Below, piece after piece: positions 54,031 through 63,741 of a DNA stretch of 64,000 nt (position 1 is its first letter; every line of letters begins with the position of its first letter). The translations under genes and the position numbers were made by a program. The notes beneath the pieces were generated by a model. That model was not told the origin of the DNA, did no database searches, and saw nothing but the letters and a program-made list of their open reading frames with translations. The stretch is from a virus (taxonomy: Duplodnaviria; Caudoviricetes): the IMG/VR virus record IMGVR_UViG_3300029705_000039; one strand, 5' to 3'.

Positions 54031-54700
54031 TAATTACAACAAAAAGGTATGCTTAGAAGCAGCAATCCTCTAAGGAGTAGGTCAAGCACCATAAGTGCAA
54101 ATAAAGTAGTGTAATGTCGGGCTGAATCACAGTGGCATATGGCTATGAAGTGCTTGTGGGAAAATGTGAGTAATCTTTTGGCGTAATAGCACATTTGTTG
54201 TAATTGCCTATCTACTAGCGTAGAAAAGGTTCCTGGATACGTCTAGGCGTATCCTATATGGAAAGGTTAAGGTCGCTACTTGACCTTTCCACTCACCGAC
54301 TTGCGGACGTAATCCGCTAAGGAAGAAACCGACTTTAGAAGATAAGTAGACGCGCAGGATGGCCACCATGGAGAGTGCGAGGTTCAAGTCCTCGGCGGTT
54401 AAATATACTTTATCTTTGGTTAGTCCTCAGCCAGGCGTTTGCGGAAACGTCGTGACAAACATAGATTATGGCAAAATGGCAAAAGGAATCCGCATTCTTA
54501 GTAGCCTATGGTGGGAAGAGGATGCCCCACTTTAGACGGAAATAGCTACCCGTCGGAGCCGCGTGTGCAGGATTCGCGGCGAATAAAATAAATAAATCGC
54601 TGTATGCGGCGAAGGCCGTTGAAGCACCTGTTAGCTAAAGGTGGTCTTTCGAAAGTCTATCGTAGAATAAATTTCTACGCGGTGCGGAGATAGCCGTATA
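54031..54700 (+). ncRNA. Hairpin-rich non-coding region; candidate structured RNA(s)
   Basis: AATTACAACAAA/TTTGTTGTAATT long-range stem, many local hairpins, isolated T-loop CGAGG-TTCAAGT-CCTCG. Confidence 0.4.
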
Positions 54701-54714
54701 AACTCCTTTTATAT

Positions 54715-54788
54715 GGGGTCATGATGTAATGGTAACATAATTGCCCTGCAAGCAATTTTTCGGGATTCGAATTCCCGTGGCTCCACCA
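54715..54788 (+). tRNA. tRNA-Ala(TGC)
   Basis: G3:U70; ATTGC-CCTGCAA-GCAAT. Confidence 0.85.
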
Positions 54789-55135
54789 TTTAAAATTAAT
54801 GAAAGGAAGTACAATAATATGACCAATGAAACCAAGGTTGCTCTTCTCACCGCTCGAAAGAATCTTCTTAATGACCGCAATCCCGCGGAAAATATTCATA
54901 TTATTCATAAAATTGAAAGGCTGATTAGAAAATATTCTAAGGAGTGATTTCAATGGAAAAATTATGGAAATGGTTAAGAGCGCATTTTTGTATTCACGAT
55001 TATGTACATCAAGAAACTCATACCATTCGTAATTTTAAAACTCAACCTCCCTATTTTCTGGCAACCTATAAATGCTCTAAGTGCGGCAAAGTAATTAGCA
55101 AATATATTGGTTAAGCGGCTTTGCCGCCGTTTTAT

Positions 55136-55291
55136 AGCCGAGTAGCCAAGTGGAAAGGCACGGGACTTCGTAAAGTAGTGTAATTGGTAGCAATGTTTCC
55201 GGTTAGCGCGCAGGGGACGGTGTTGGTTCGAATCCAACCTTTACGGCCATGACTCCCGCATTCGCTGGTTCGAGCCCAGCCTCGGCTGCCA
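55136..55291 (+). tRNA. tRNA-Gln(TTG) split in its anticodon by a nested tRNA-like element (exons 55136-55168 and 55250-55291)
   Basis: Joining CGGGA-CTT | TGAC-TCCCG gives a normal cloverleaf with AGCCGAG/CTCGGCT-G-CCA. Confidence 0.85.
55169..55249 (+). ncRNA. Nested 81-nt tRNA-like element ending in CCA
   Basis: CGTAAAG/CTTTACG-G-CCA, D arm, T arm GTTGG-TTCGAAT-CCAAC, non-canonical anticodon arm (7-bp stem, 12-nt loop). Confidence 0.8.
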
Positions 55292-55542
55292 AAGGGATAA
55301 CAATGCCCTTGTATGAAAACTTTCTTGCCCCAGTTTGTATAGATGCGGGATAATTCCTTCGTCTTAGTTTTGGACAAGAATCGTGCAAACCTTATAGAAC
55401 TGTAGGTTTATATGGAGGTCCGCGGCTTCCTAATTTAGAACAGTTCTTTTAGATTTGGTGCTTACCAAACTAAACCTATCGAGGACGTGTGAGGCGGGAA
55501 TGTTTGAGCCTGATTAAGTTCAGGGTGTAGATAGGTTTTTAT

Positions 55543-55618
55543 GCGAGGTTAGCTCAGTTGGGAGAGCACCTGCCCTACAAGCAGGGTGTCGGCGGTTCGA
55601 GCCCGTCACTTCGCACCA
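55543..55618 (+). tRNA. tRNA-Val(TAC)
   Basis: CCTGC-CCTACAA-GCAGG, CCA. Confidence 0.85.
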
Positions 55619-55622
55619 TTAT

Positions 55623-55707
55623 GGGGAGTTGGTGGAATTGGCAGACACGCTAGACTCAGGATCTAGTGCCGCAAAGCATAAGGGTTCAAGTCCCTTACTC
55701 CCTACCA
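55623..55707 (+). tRNA. tRNA-Leu(CAG)
   Basis: CTAGA-CTCAGGA-TCTAG, CCA. Confidence 0.9.
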
Positions 55708-55713
55708 TTTTAA

Positions 55714-55791
55714 CGGGCATTAGTTCAGTAGGTTTAGAACGCAGTCCTGATAAGACTGAGGTCCCTGGTTCAAATCCATCATCCCCTGCCA
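55714..55791 (+). tRNA. tRNA-Ile(GAT), degenerate acceptor and T stems
   Basis: CAGTC-CTGATAA-GACTG; several mismatches in the acceptor and T stems. Confidence 0.6.
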
Positions 55792-55795
55792 ACTT

Positions 55796-55869
55796 GCCGG
55801 CGTAGCTTAATGGCAAAGCTCCTGCCTTCCAAGCAGGCTACGTGGGTTCGATTCCCATCGCTGGCTCCA
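55796..55869 (+). tRNA. tRNA-Gly(TCC)
   Basis: CCTGC-CTTCCAA-GCAGG, CCA. Confidence 0.9.
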
Positions 55870-55870
55870 T

Positions 55871-55944
55871 GCAGGTATAGTATAGTGGTAATACCCCTCC
55901 TTGCCAAGGAGGTATCGCGGATTCGAATTCCGCTACTTGCTCCA
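55871..55944 (+). tRNA. tRNA-Gly(GCC)
   Basis: CCTCC-TTGCCAA-GGAGG, CCA. Confidence 0.9.
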
Positions 55945-56031
55945 TTTTGTGAAATTCAAGCCTGTCGACCCTACTGGGCGGACCGTAACAGCCGGTTTAA
56001 TTTTTTAATTTAATACTTAAGGAGTGATTCT

Positions 56032-56331
56032 ATGTACGAGAATGGACGAAAAGTTTCCCGTTATCACCGTATGCGCGAGCACAAACGCCGCCTAAAGGAC
56101 CGCTTCTTAAAGAACTCCTGGCGGCACAAGGGATTATCCTATGAAGAATATTTAGCAAATCTTACTGAAGAAGAACTAAATTATCGTTCAGGCGGGAATA
56201 TGATGCCTTGTTGCCTCCAATACTGGACACATTATTATGGCGGGGAACAGGAGAAAATTGCTAAACGGCAAACCTCTCGTGCTATTCGCAATTACTGGCG
56301 AAAGGAACTTAATAATTGGGAAGAACTTTAA
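56032..56331 (+). CDS. Basic hypothetical protein
   Basis: AAGGAG RBS, 99 aa. Confidence 0.6.
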   Translation: MYENGRKVSRYHRMREHKRRLKDRFLKNSWRHKGLSYEEYLANLTEEELNYRSGGNMMPCCLQYWTHYYGGEQEKIAKRQTSRAIRNYWRKELNNWEEL

Positions 56332-56421
56332 TGCTAGTATAAATATTAAAAATATGTTGTTTGGTAAAATTTTAGCGGATAGAGGAATCTATCCGCTTAT
56401 TTTTATAGGTAGGTGAAAAAG

Positions 56422-58284
56422 ATGGTTCCATATTCATAGAATATTTATGGGTATCCCTATAGTGTTATTTTAAAAGGCAGCGACATTCAAGCCCAATCAG
56501 GTCAACTTTTAAATAATTCTGAATCTGGGATACTAGAAAATTATAATATAAGTAGATTTCAAAGAATAATTGATGGCGTGATTTCTAAGCTATAGCGAAT
56601 TATTAATAATTAGCGAAATATTTATGAAGAAATTTAGGGAATGAAAAATGGCAAGGGAGCATAGCTACTTAATGATATTTTACATAATAGAAATATTACT
56701 GTAGATGAAAATGGCAATATTAAAGGAATTGCACAAACTTATGAAGAAATGTTTACTGAAGATATAAAAAAGAGAAAAGCGACATTAAAAGAGATGAATG
56801 ATTATAAAGTTCAATATAATCAAGTTATAGAATATATAAATACAGCCTTAAAAAAAGTCAATGTAAACAACTTAAATCCATCTACTTTATAGGACGTTAT
56901 TTCTAAAATAAAAATTAACAATGATAAACAAAGAGGTATCCAAAAATAGATGCTAACCTTATTTGAAGATGAAAATAATGCGAATAGTTTTAGTAAATTA
57001 TTCATGAAATCCGGAACATTATCTAATGATAATCTACGCAAACAATATGCTACATTAATTAAAGATTATAATAACGTTCGTGAGGATTATAAGCGTATTG
57101 CAAAGGATGAGTTGCCGCAAAAAATAGGAAAAGACCTAAATACAAATTTGCAAAAGTTATCTAAAGATTTAGCAGAAGTCTATGACGTAGAATCTGATGA
57201 ATTACGAGAAGCCCTAATAGATTATTTACAGGCGAATATTGATTCATCAGCTGAATTATCAAGTCCCTAGAATTTTACTTTTACAGTTCCAAGAAAAGCA
57301 AAAGGTTTCGAGGCCGTTGAATATACAGCCTCCTTAAGTGTTCCTATTTTAACGCATAATGATTTAGAAAATATTGTTATTTCTGCTATACAAACTGGTG
57401 CTGTTACTGACCGTGTATCTTCGCAAATAAGATGCGAGGTTAAATTTAAAGATCAAGAAGCTTTAACTCGAATTTCAAGAGAAAGATATGATCAAATAAT
57501 TCAAGGTACTTTAAAATTAGAGAAAGAAATTGATTATTTGGCCCTTGATACAGTAACTACTCATGTATCTAATAAAATAGACGATATTATTACTATAATG
57601 AATGAAGACCCTAAAAATGGAAATAAAAAATATAATTTAAAATTTTCAGACAAATTAATCTTTAATGAAACGTATAATGGAGCGGGCGGTCTAGCTAATG
57701 TTAAAATGGAAGGCGGCACTTTATATTCATTAATTAATTTATTACAGGGCGATAATTTAGGTAAGTTAGGCAAAAACCCAAATAATGACAATTTTGAAGA
57801 ATTAATTTTTACCATCCTCAATATGTCTTCTGTATCTAAATTAGCAGGAGATTTAAATAAAATTGAAGTTGATAATTTTATTAAAGCTTTATTAATTTCT
57901 GAAATCTATACTTTAGCATTTAATCCAGAAAGTTTTATTGTAGATTTAGAAACATTAGATGAACGTAATTTATATTTCCATCATATAGATACAATGATTC
58001 TACCTTCTTATAACTTATTACAAAAAACAATAAATTAGTTAGAAGAAATTAAAGAAACCTTACTGACTTCAGAAGGAGCGTAGAATAATTATATAAAAGC
58101 ATCAATTACTCCTAGCACTTCTTATACGGCCTCGTAGTTATATACTCAATATGTTAAGACTCCTAATTTTTAGAACGATCCAGCAGGACAATGGAAAATT
58201 GTGGCAGATTTAATTGCTTCCGACACCGCTATTTCTGTAATGTTGGATATACCAGCTATTTTAGGTTCAGTCGCGGGAAAATAA
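56422..58284 (+). CDS. 620-aa hypothetical protein (code 15, 12 TAG)
   Basis: AGGTG RBS; single frame with only TAG interruptions until TAA 58284. Confidence 0.8.
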
Positions 58285-58340
58285 ATTTGACTTTTTCCAA
58301 ATTTTATTATACAATAAAAGAAAAAAGGAGTAAAAGTCAA

Positions 58341-58973
58341 ATGACAAACAAAACCCTTCCCTTAGGTTATGTCGGTGGCGATATTATGACCCACGGCAGT
58401 CAACTTGCCCGCCAGGAAGAATGTGATAAGATGGATGCGGCGGGGCTAAAGGTTCAGTATTATAGTCCCGCACAAAATAAGTCTATCAACGATAAATCCA
58501 ATATGACTGAAGAACAGAATAACTGCCTTGCTGAAAAAATTACGGCGGCAGATATTGAGCGTCTTTGGAATAGCGACTTCGCAGTAATGTGTACCGAACA
58601 GTCCGCCATTGGTACGATGTGCGAATTAGGTTGCTTATATGGTTGGAAGTATATGGCAGATAGGCTAATGGAAGTATTGAGTAAAGTTGGCTCGCTAGAG
58701 GATTTTGAAAAATCACAGTTAATTCGCTCTGAGGGATGTATTGCTTTATTCAACGAAATCTATCGTATTGCCAATAAAAATATCTTCGCCCATTACTTTG
58801 ATATTCGTACTAACCATCTAAATGAAAAGGACTGGCGTCGTAGTTTTAGCATCAATCAGCTTCTATATGGTATGATTTTAGATTGCACCACAGACCACAA
58901 ACTTCACGAAAACTTTGATAGTGTCCTTGAAGAACTAAAGAAACTCTATAAGGAGGGCACTACTAATGAGTAA
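58341..58973 (+). CDS. Nucleoside deoxyribosyltransferase-like / dNMP hydrolase, second copy
   Basis: YVGG...YSPAQN...ADIERLWNSD...IGTMCELG...INQLLYG. Confidence 0.7.
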   Translation: MTNKTLPLGYVGGDIMTHGSQLARQEECDKMDAAGLKVQYYSPAQNKSINDKSNMTEEQNNCLAEKITAADIERLWNSDFAVMCTEQSAIGTMCELGCLYGWKYMADRLMEVLSKVGSLEDFEKSQLIRSEGCIALFNEIYRIANKNIFAHYFDIRTNHLNEKDWRRSFSINQLLYGMILDCTTDHKLHENFDSVLEELKKLYKEGTTNE

Positions 58974-60258
58974 TCTAATTTATCCCATCAACCAAAAACC
59001 CGCAACCGCTCGTGAATGGATTATGTATACAATTCAATTCACCTTCGCAGTTCTAACTGCTACGGTTCTAATTTCCACTATCTGCGGCACTAATATTGCC
59101 GCAGGTATGGTGGCCGCGGGTATTTCTACTTTAGTTTTCCTATGTATTACTAAGTTTAGAGCCCCTATTGTTATTTCCAATTCAGGTGCTACCGTAAGTG
59201 CGGTTTTGGGTGCAATTGCTTTATCTAACGCAGTAGAAACCAACCTACTTGGCGTTGTGCTTGGCGGCCTAACCATTATGATTATTTATAGCGTTGCCGC
59301 GTTCTTGATTAAAAAGTTTGGAATTGCTTGGCTTACAAAGTTAATTCCCCCTGTTATTAGCGGCACAACTATTATCGTAATTGGCGCTACTCTTGCTGGT
59401 TTTATTCCTACTTATGCACAGGTTGCTGGTTCTTATTCTCTTGTCGGTTGTGCTGCCGCAATTTTTACAATGTTGGTAATTGTTCTTTGTATGCACTATG
59501 GTAAAGGTATGGTTAAGACACTACCTTTCCTAATTGGCCTACTTGCCGGCTATGGTTTATCACTAATTTTAACAATTACCGGTGTTGCTCCTCTTGTTAA
59601 TATCGCGGCCCTGGACTTCAATCGTATTATTGCTATGCCAGATTTTGCTTTCCTACATCTAAATTTTGCCGCGTTTGATTGGAGCACTTTGCCGCAAATT
59701 ATTATGCTGTTCGGTCTTGTAAGCCTTGCCGCTATGACGGAACATATTGGCGATATGATGACTGCCTCCGCCGCATCAGAGCGGAAATTACTCGAAGACC
59801 CAGGTTTGCATCGCACTCTACTTGGTGATGGCGTTGGCTCTTTTATTGGCACTTTAATTGGCGCTCAACCTAATACAACTTATTCTGAATATACTTCCAC
59901 GATTGTTGTAAGTAAAGTTGCCAGTGTTTATGTTACTTTTACTACCGCCTGTGCTCTTATTTTACTTGGTATCTTCGGTCCTTTTAATCAGTTTATTACC
60001 AGTTTGCCTAACTGCGTTTTCGCAGGAGTATCTATGGTGGCCTATGGTATGATTGCTATGGCGGGATTAAGAACGATTATTGATAATAAAATTGACTTCT
60101 CTAATAATAAAAACGTCGCTATTTTCGCAACTATGTTGGCTTGTGGCGTAAGTGGTTTTGGTATTACATATGGTTCATTTAATTTAAGCGGCATTGCACT
60201 TGCTATGGTTGTAGGTATTATTCTAAATCTAATCTTAAAAGATTCTAAGAAGGCGTAA
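58966..60258 (+). CDS. NCS2 nucleobase (uracil/xanthine) permease
   Basis: Many TM helices; EHIGD, PGLHRTLLGDG, PNTTYSE signature. Confidence 0.9.
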   Translation: MSNLIYPINQKPATAREWIMYTIQFTFAVLTATVLISTICGTNIAAGMVAAGISTLVFLCITKFRAPIVISNSGATVSAVLGAIALSNAVETNLLGVVLGGLTIMIIYSVAAFLIKKFGIAWLTKLIPPVISGTTIIVIGATLAGFIPTYAQVAGSYSLVGCAAAIFTMLVIVLCMHYGKGMVKTLPFLIGLLAGYGLSLILTITGVAPLVNIAALDFNRIIAMPDFAFLHLNFAAFDWSTLPQIIMLFGLVSLAAMTEHIGDMMTASAASERKLLEDPGLHRTLLGDGVGSFIGTLIGAQPNTTYSEYTSTIVVSKVASVYVTFTTACALILLGIFGPFNQFITSLPNCVFAGVSMVAYGMIAMAGLRTIIDNKIDFSNNKNVAIFATMLACGVSGFGITYGSFNLSGIALAMVVGIILNLILKDSKKA

Positions 60259-60320
60259 GCCTTCTTTTTTTTGACTTTTTTTAATTTTTATGTTATACTT
60301 TATATAAAGGAGTGATATAA

Positions 60321-60918
60321 ATGCCAAAAAAGTTTATACCTGATGCCGCATTACTCAAGACAATTCTAACTCGTTATAAGGAAACTAATAGTTATGCCGC
60401 GGTTTCAAGAGAAACAGGACTTAGTGCCGCAATTATTAAGAGAATTATTACAGAAAATACAGAAAAATCTGATGGAGAAGTTAGTGCCCCTTCATTGAAA
60501 AAACCTCAAACCGCTTCTCAAATACTAGGGCAACGAGTTAAATATAATTATTGCGGCCCCGCGCCCATAGAGACATCTTTGCCGCGAAAATTTATGTTTT
60601 ATAATCAATTAATTCAATTGATGAAGGAGCATCTAAATGTTCAAGATTGAAGAAAAACAAGATAAATATTATGTTATCCCAACGGCAGATTACCTATTGA
60701 AGCATTTTGATAAGTTTGATTTTCCTTATGATTCAAATTGGGAAATTTATAAGTTATTTAACTATTCAGCGGAAGATTTCTTAAAATATATTATCGCGGC
60801 CCATAATGGAACAGTAGTGTTTCAATATGAATTTCCTTATATAAATTTTTATTTTACTAAATATTCAGATGCTGAAATTTTTAAAAATGAATTAATAAAA
60901 CGCGCACAAGCAGCGTGA
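60321..60918 (+). other. Two hypothetical genes (HTH-like 60321-60650; 60637-60918)
   Basis: SYAAVSRETGLSAAIIKR HTH-like pattern; overlapping ORFs. Confidence 0.55.
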
Positions 60919-60975
60919 AAAATTTTACCAAACTCACTTACCTAAAATAACCTAAATGGTGAGGAGGTGAGTAAA

Positions 60976-61425
60976 ATGGGCGACAAAGTTATGAAATTTT
61001 TAAAATTCATTAAAGATTTTTTCACCGGCCTCTTTAACTTGGCTTCTTTTTCACAATGGAAAGAATAGGTTGATACCACTTTTACAAGCGTAGCAACGCA
61101 AATGTCTAAAATCTCAAAAGACTTAAAAAAGAATACAACCGCTATGACGACTCTTTCCGGTTAGATTACTACTCTTGGAGAAGAAATTACTAAGATTAAA
61201 GATGGTCTTTAGATTGAACTTTTCGGAAGCCTACAAACACTACACGCACGTTTGGTAGAACAAAAGTTTGCTACTATTGAATAGAAATTAGAAGCCAAAC
61301 TTTATTATGACCAAATCCATAATCTTGGAAAAGATGGATGGAGTCAAAAATATTATGATGAAATTATCGCTATGTCCGAAAGCCGCGCTGAATATTGGGA
61401 ATGGGTAAAGTAGGGTAAGATTTAA
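60976..61425 (+). CDS. Coiled-coil phage protein (code 15, 5 TAG)
   Basis: GGAGG RBS; frame open only if TAG is read; absent from the ORF track. Confidence 0.7.
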
Positions 61426-61513
61426 TATACGAGCCGCTTATAGCGGCTCTTTATTTTTTTGACTTTTTTAAAATTTTGTGTTATAATAAATAAAAGTGGA
61501 GGTTAAATAAAGT

Positions 61514-61993
61514 ATGAATAAATCAGTTATTAATTATGAAATTTATACTGATGGCGCCGCTAAGGGTAATGATGCGGCCCACCGTAGTGGTGGTTGGGCT
61601 TATTGTGTTTTATTCGATGGTGATATTATTCGTAAGGATAGCGGCACAGTATTAGACACTACCAACCAACGTATGGAATTACAAGCAGTGATTGAAGGTT
61701 TAAAGGCTTGCGAATTTTTTTGGAATGAAGATTATGAATATCATTTCTATTGTGATAGTGCCTATGTAATTAATTGCTATCACCAAGGTTGGTATATTAA
61801 TTGGGAACAAAATGGTTATAAAAACGCCAAGAAGCAACCAATTGCCAATATGGATTTGTGGAGCCAAATTATTCCTTATTTTAAACGTAAGTCTTTTTTC
61901 TTCCATAAAGTAGAAGGACACGCAAATAATTATTATAATAATTTCGTAGATAAGATGGCACAGGCGGCCGCGGCTTCTATGAGTAAGAGGTAA
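61514..61993 (+). CDS. rnhA: Ribonuclease HI
   Basis: IYTDGA, TTNQRMEL, DSAY, N.DLW, KVEGH, N..VD. Confidence 0.9.
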   Translation: MNKSVINYEIYTDGAAKGNDAAHRSGGWAYCVLFDGDIIRKDSGTVLDTTNQRMELQAVIEGLKACEFFWNEDYEYHFYCDSAYVINCYHQGWYINWEQNGYKNAKKQPIANMDLWSQIIPYFKRKSFFFHKVEGHANNYYNNFVDKMAQAAAASMSKR

Positions 61994-61994
61994 T

Positions 61995-62336
61995 ATGGAG
62001 ATTAATTTTTCTAAAGATATTGATATTTTTGAAGTAGAAAAACCTGACTATGATGCTTATTTTTATCGTCTTCCCGCAAAAGATTTGATGAAAACTACTC
62101 CGCGTGAAGGATTAACTGTTTATAAGGATGTAATTGAAAACGAACCTATTTGCGGCATCCTGACTGAAAATATAATGGCAACGTCCGCAAATAGATATTT
62201 TATTTTCAATTTTATGGACGAAACGCGACTTGGCTCACATAAAACTTATAAACATATTCATATGTCTGAAGAAGAATATATTAACTTTTTAAAACGACTT
62301 CAAGAAATAATCAAGGAGAAAGGGGAGAATGCTTGA
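61995..62336 (+). CDS. Hypothetical protein
   Basis: ORF coupled to both neighbours. Confidence 0.6.
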   Translation: MEINFSKDIDIFEVEKPDYDAYFYRLPAKDLMKTTPREGLTVYKDVIENEPICGILTENIMATSANRYFIFNFMDETRLGSHKTYKHIHMSEEEYINFLKRLQEIIKEKGENA

Positions 62337-62898
62337 AAGAATTTACTTATTACATGCCCATGCGCAAAGCGGTAAAGATACTTGCGCCGCTATTATGAAA
62401 GAAGAATATGAAAAGCGCGGCAAAAGGGTAATTGTAATTGCCTTCGCAGATTATGTAAGATGGTGTTTAGATAAATATTATGGCGTAAAAGATTATAAAA
62501 CTCCCGAAGGCCGCACAATAATCCAGCATTTTGCTACCGACCTTGTGCGTAAAAATGACCCAACTTTCTGGGGCCGCACGGTAGGAGATTTGTTATTAGC
62601 AATTGAAGATGATTTTGATTATGCTATAATTCCTGACTGGCGTTTTTATAATGAATATGATGTGCTTGCTACTCGTTTTGCTCCGCATATTATAGTTCAG
62701 GTTCTAATTGACAGACCCAATAATGAATTAACTGATAATATGACTACTGAACAACGTAGTCATCAATCTGAGTCAGAAATGAATGATTATAAGAACTTTG
62801 ATTATAATATAATTAATGAGTATGGTAAATTAGAAGAAACAAAAAAACAAATAATTAAAATGATAGAAAAAGAAGATAAACTTTTTGAGGGTGATTAA
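62329..62898 (+). CDS. Deoxynucleoside monophosphate kinase-like protein
   Basis: SGKDT, AFAD, IPDWRF.NE, HQSE. Confidence 0.75.
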   Translation: MLERIYLLHAHAQSGKDTCAAIMKEEYEKRGKRVIVIAFADYVRWCLDKYYGVKDYKTPEGRTIIQHFATDLVRKNDPTFWGRTVGDLLLAIEDDFDYAIIPDWRFYNEYDVLATRFAPHIIVQVLIDRPNNELTDNMTTEQRSHQSESEMNDYKNFDYNIINEYGKLEETKKQIIKMIEKEDKLFEGD

Positions 62899-62950
62899 GA
62901 TTTGACTTTTATAATATTTTGAATTATAATATTGTAAAGGAAGTGATGAT

Positions 62951-63739
62951 ATGGGATTAATTTATATGCTAACCAGCCCCAGTGGAAGATCTTATATTGG
63001 ATAGACAAAGCGACCCTTTACTATACGATGGAATCAGCATAAAAGAGAGGCGGAAACTGGAAATGATACTCCTCTTTATAAAGCCATACGAAAATATGGC
63101 GCCGATTCTTTTTAGCATACAATATTAATAGAAACAGATAATGACAAATTAAATGAGTTAGAATAGTATTATATTAAATAGTATAATACGTATAATAATG
63201 GTTATAATTGCACTATCGGTGGCGAAGGAAATTGCAAAATTTCTGATGAGACTATTATTCAACTTTGGGAGAGTGGGTTGTGCTCAGCAGATATAGCACG
63301 GCAATTAAATGTATAGGGACATACTATTGAAAATAGAATTAAAAGTCTTTATTCTGATGCTGAAATATAGGAACGTCGATACGCTTCAATTGGGAAAAAA
63401 CTTCAATTAAAAGATAATAATATAAAAACTCTATGGGATTAGGGCTATAGTGTTACTTAGATTTCGGATATATTATCCTATGATAGACATACAGTAAGCC
63501 GTGTTTTATAGAGACTGGGAATTACTCCTGAACAGTTAGAATATTCTAGAAAGGCCCACAGCGGTGATAAGAAAAATTCTCCCATAATACAATATGATAA
63601 AAATGGTAATTTTATATAGGAATGGTTTTCAATTAGTGAAGCGGCGAGACAATTAAATATTCACGCTGGTAATATTTGCAAAGTTCTAAAAAAAGAAAGA
63701 AAAACTACTGGTGGTTATATATTTAAATATAAGGAGTAA
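62951..63739 (+). CDS. Free-standing GIY-YIG homing endonuclease with HTH/NUMOD1 domains (code 15)
   Basis: GLIY...SYIG(TAG)T = YIGQT; NGYNCTIGG; many TAG. Confidence 0.85.
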
Positions 63740-63741
63740 TT

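Noticed and set aside
55543-55618. Second amber suppressor from the CTA in loop CCTACAA
   Set aside because: With the 5-bp stem the anticodon register is TAC, and the body is Val-like
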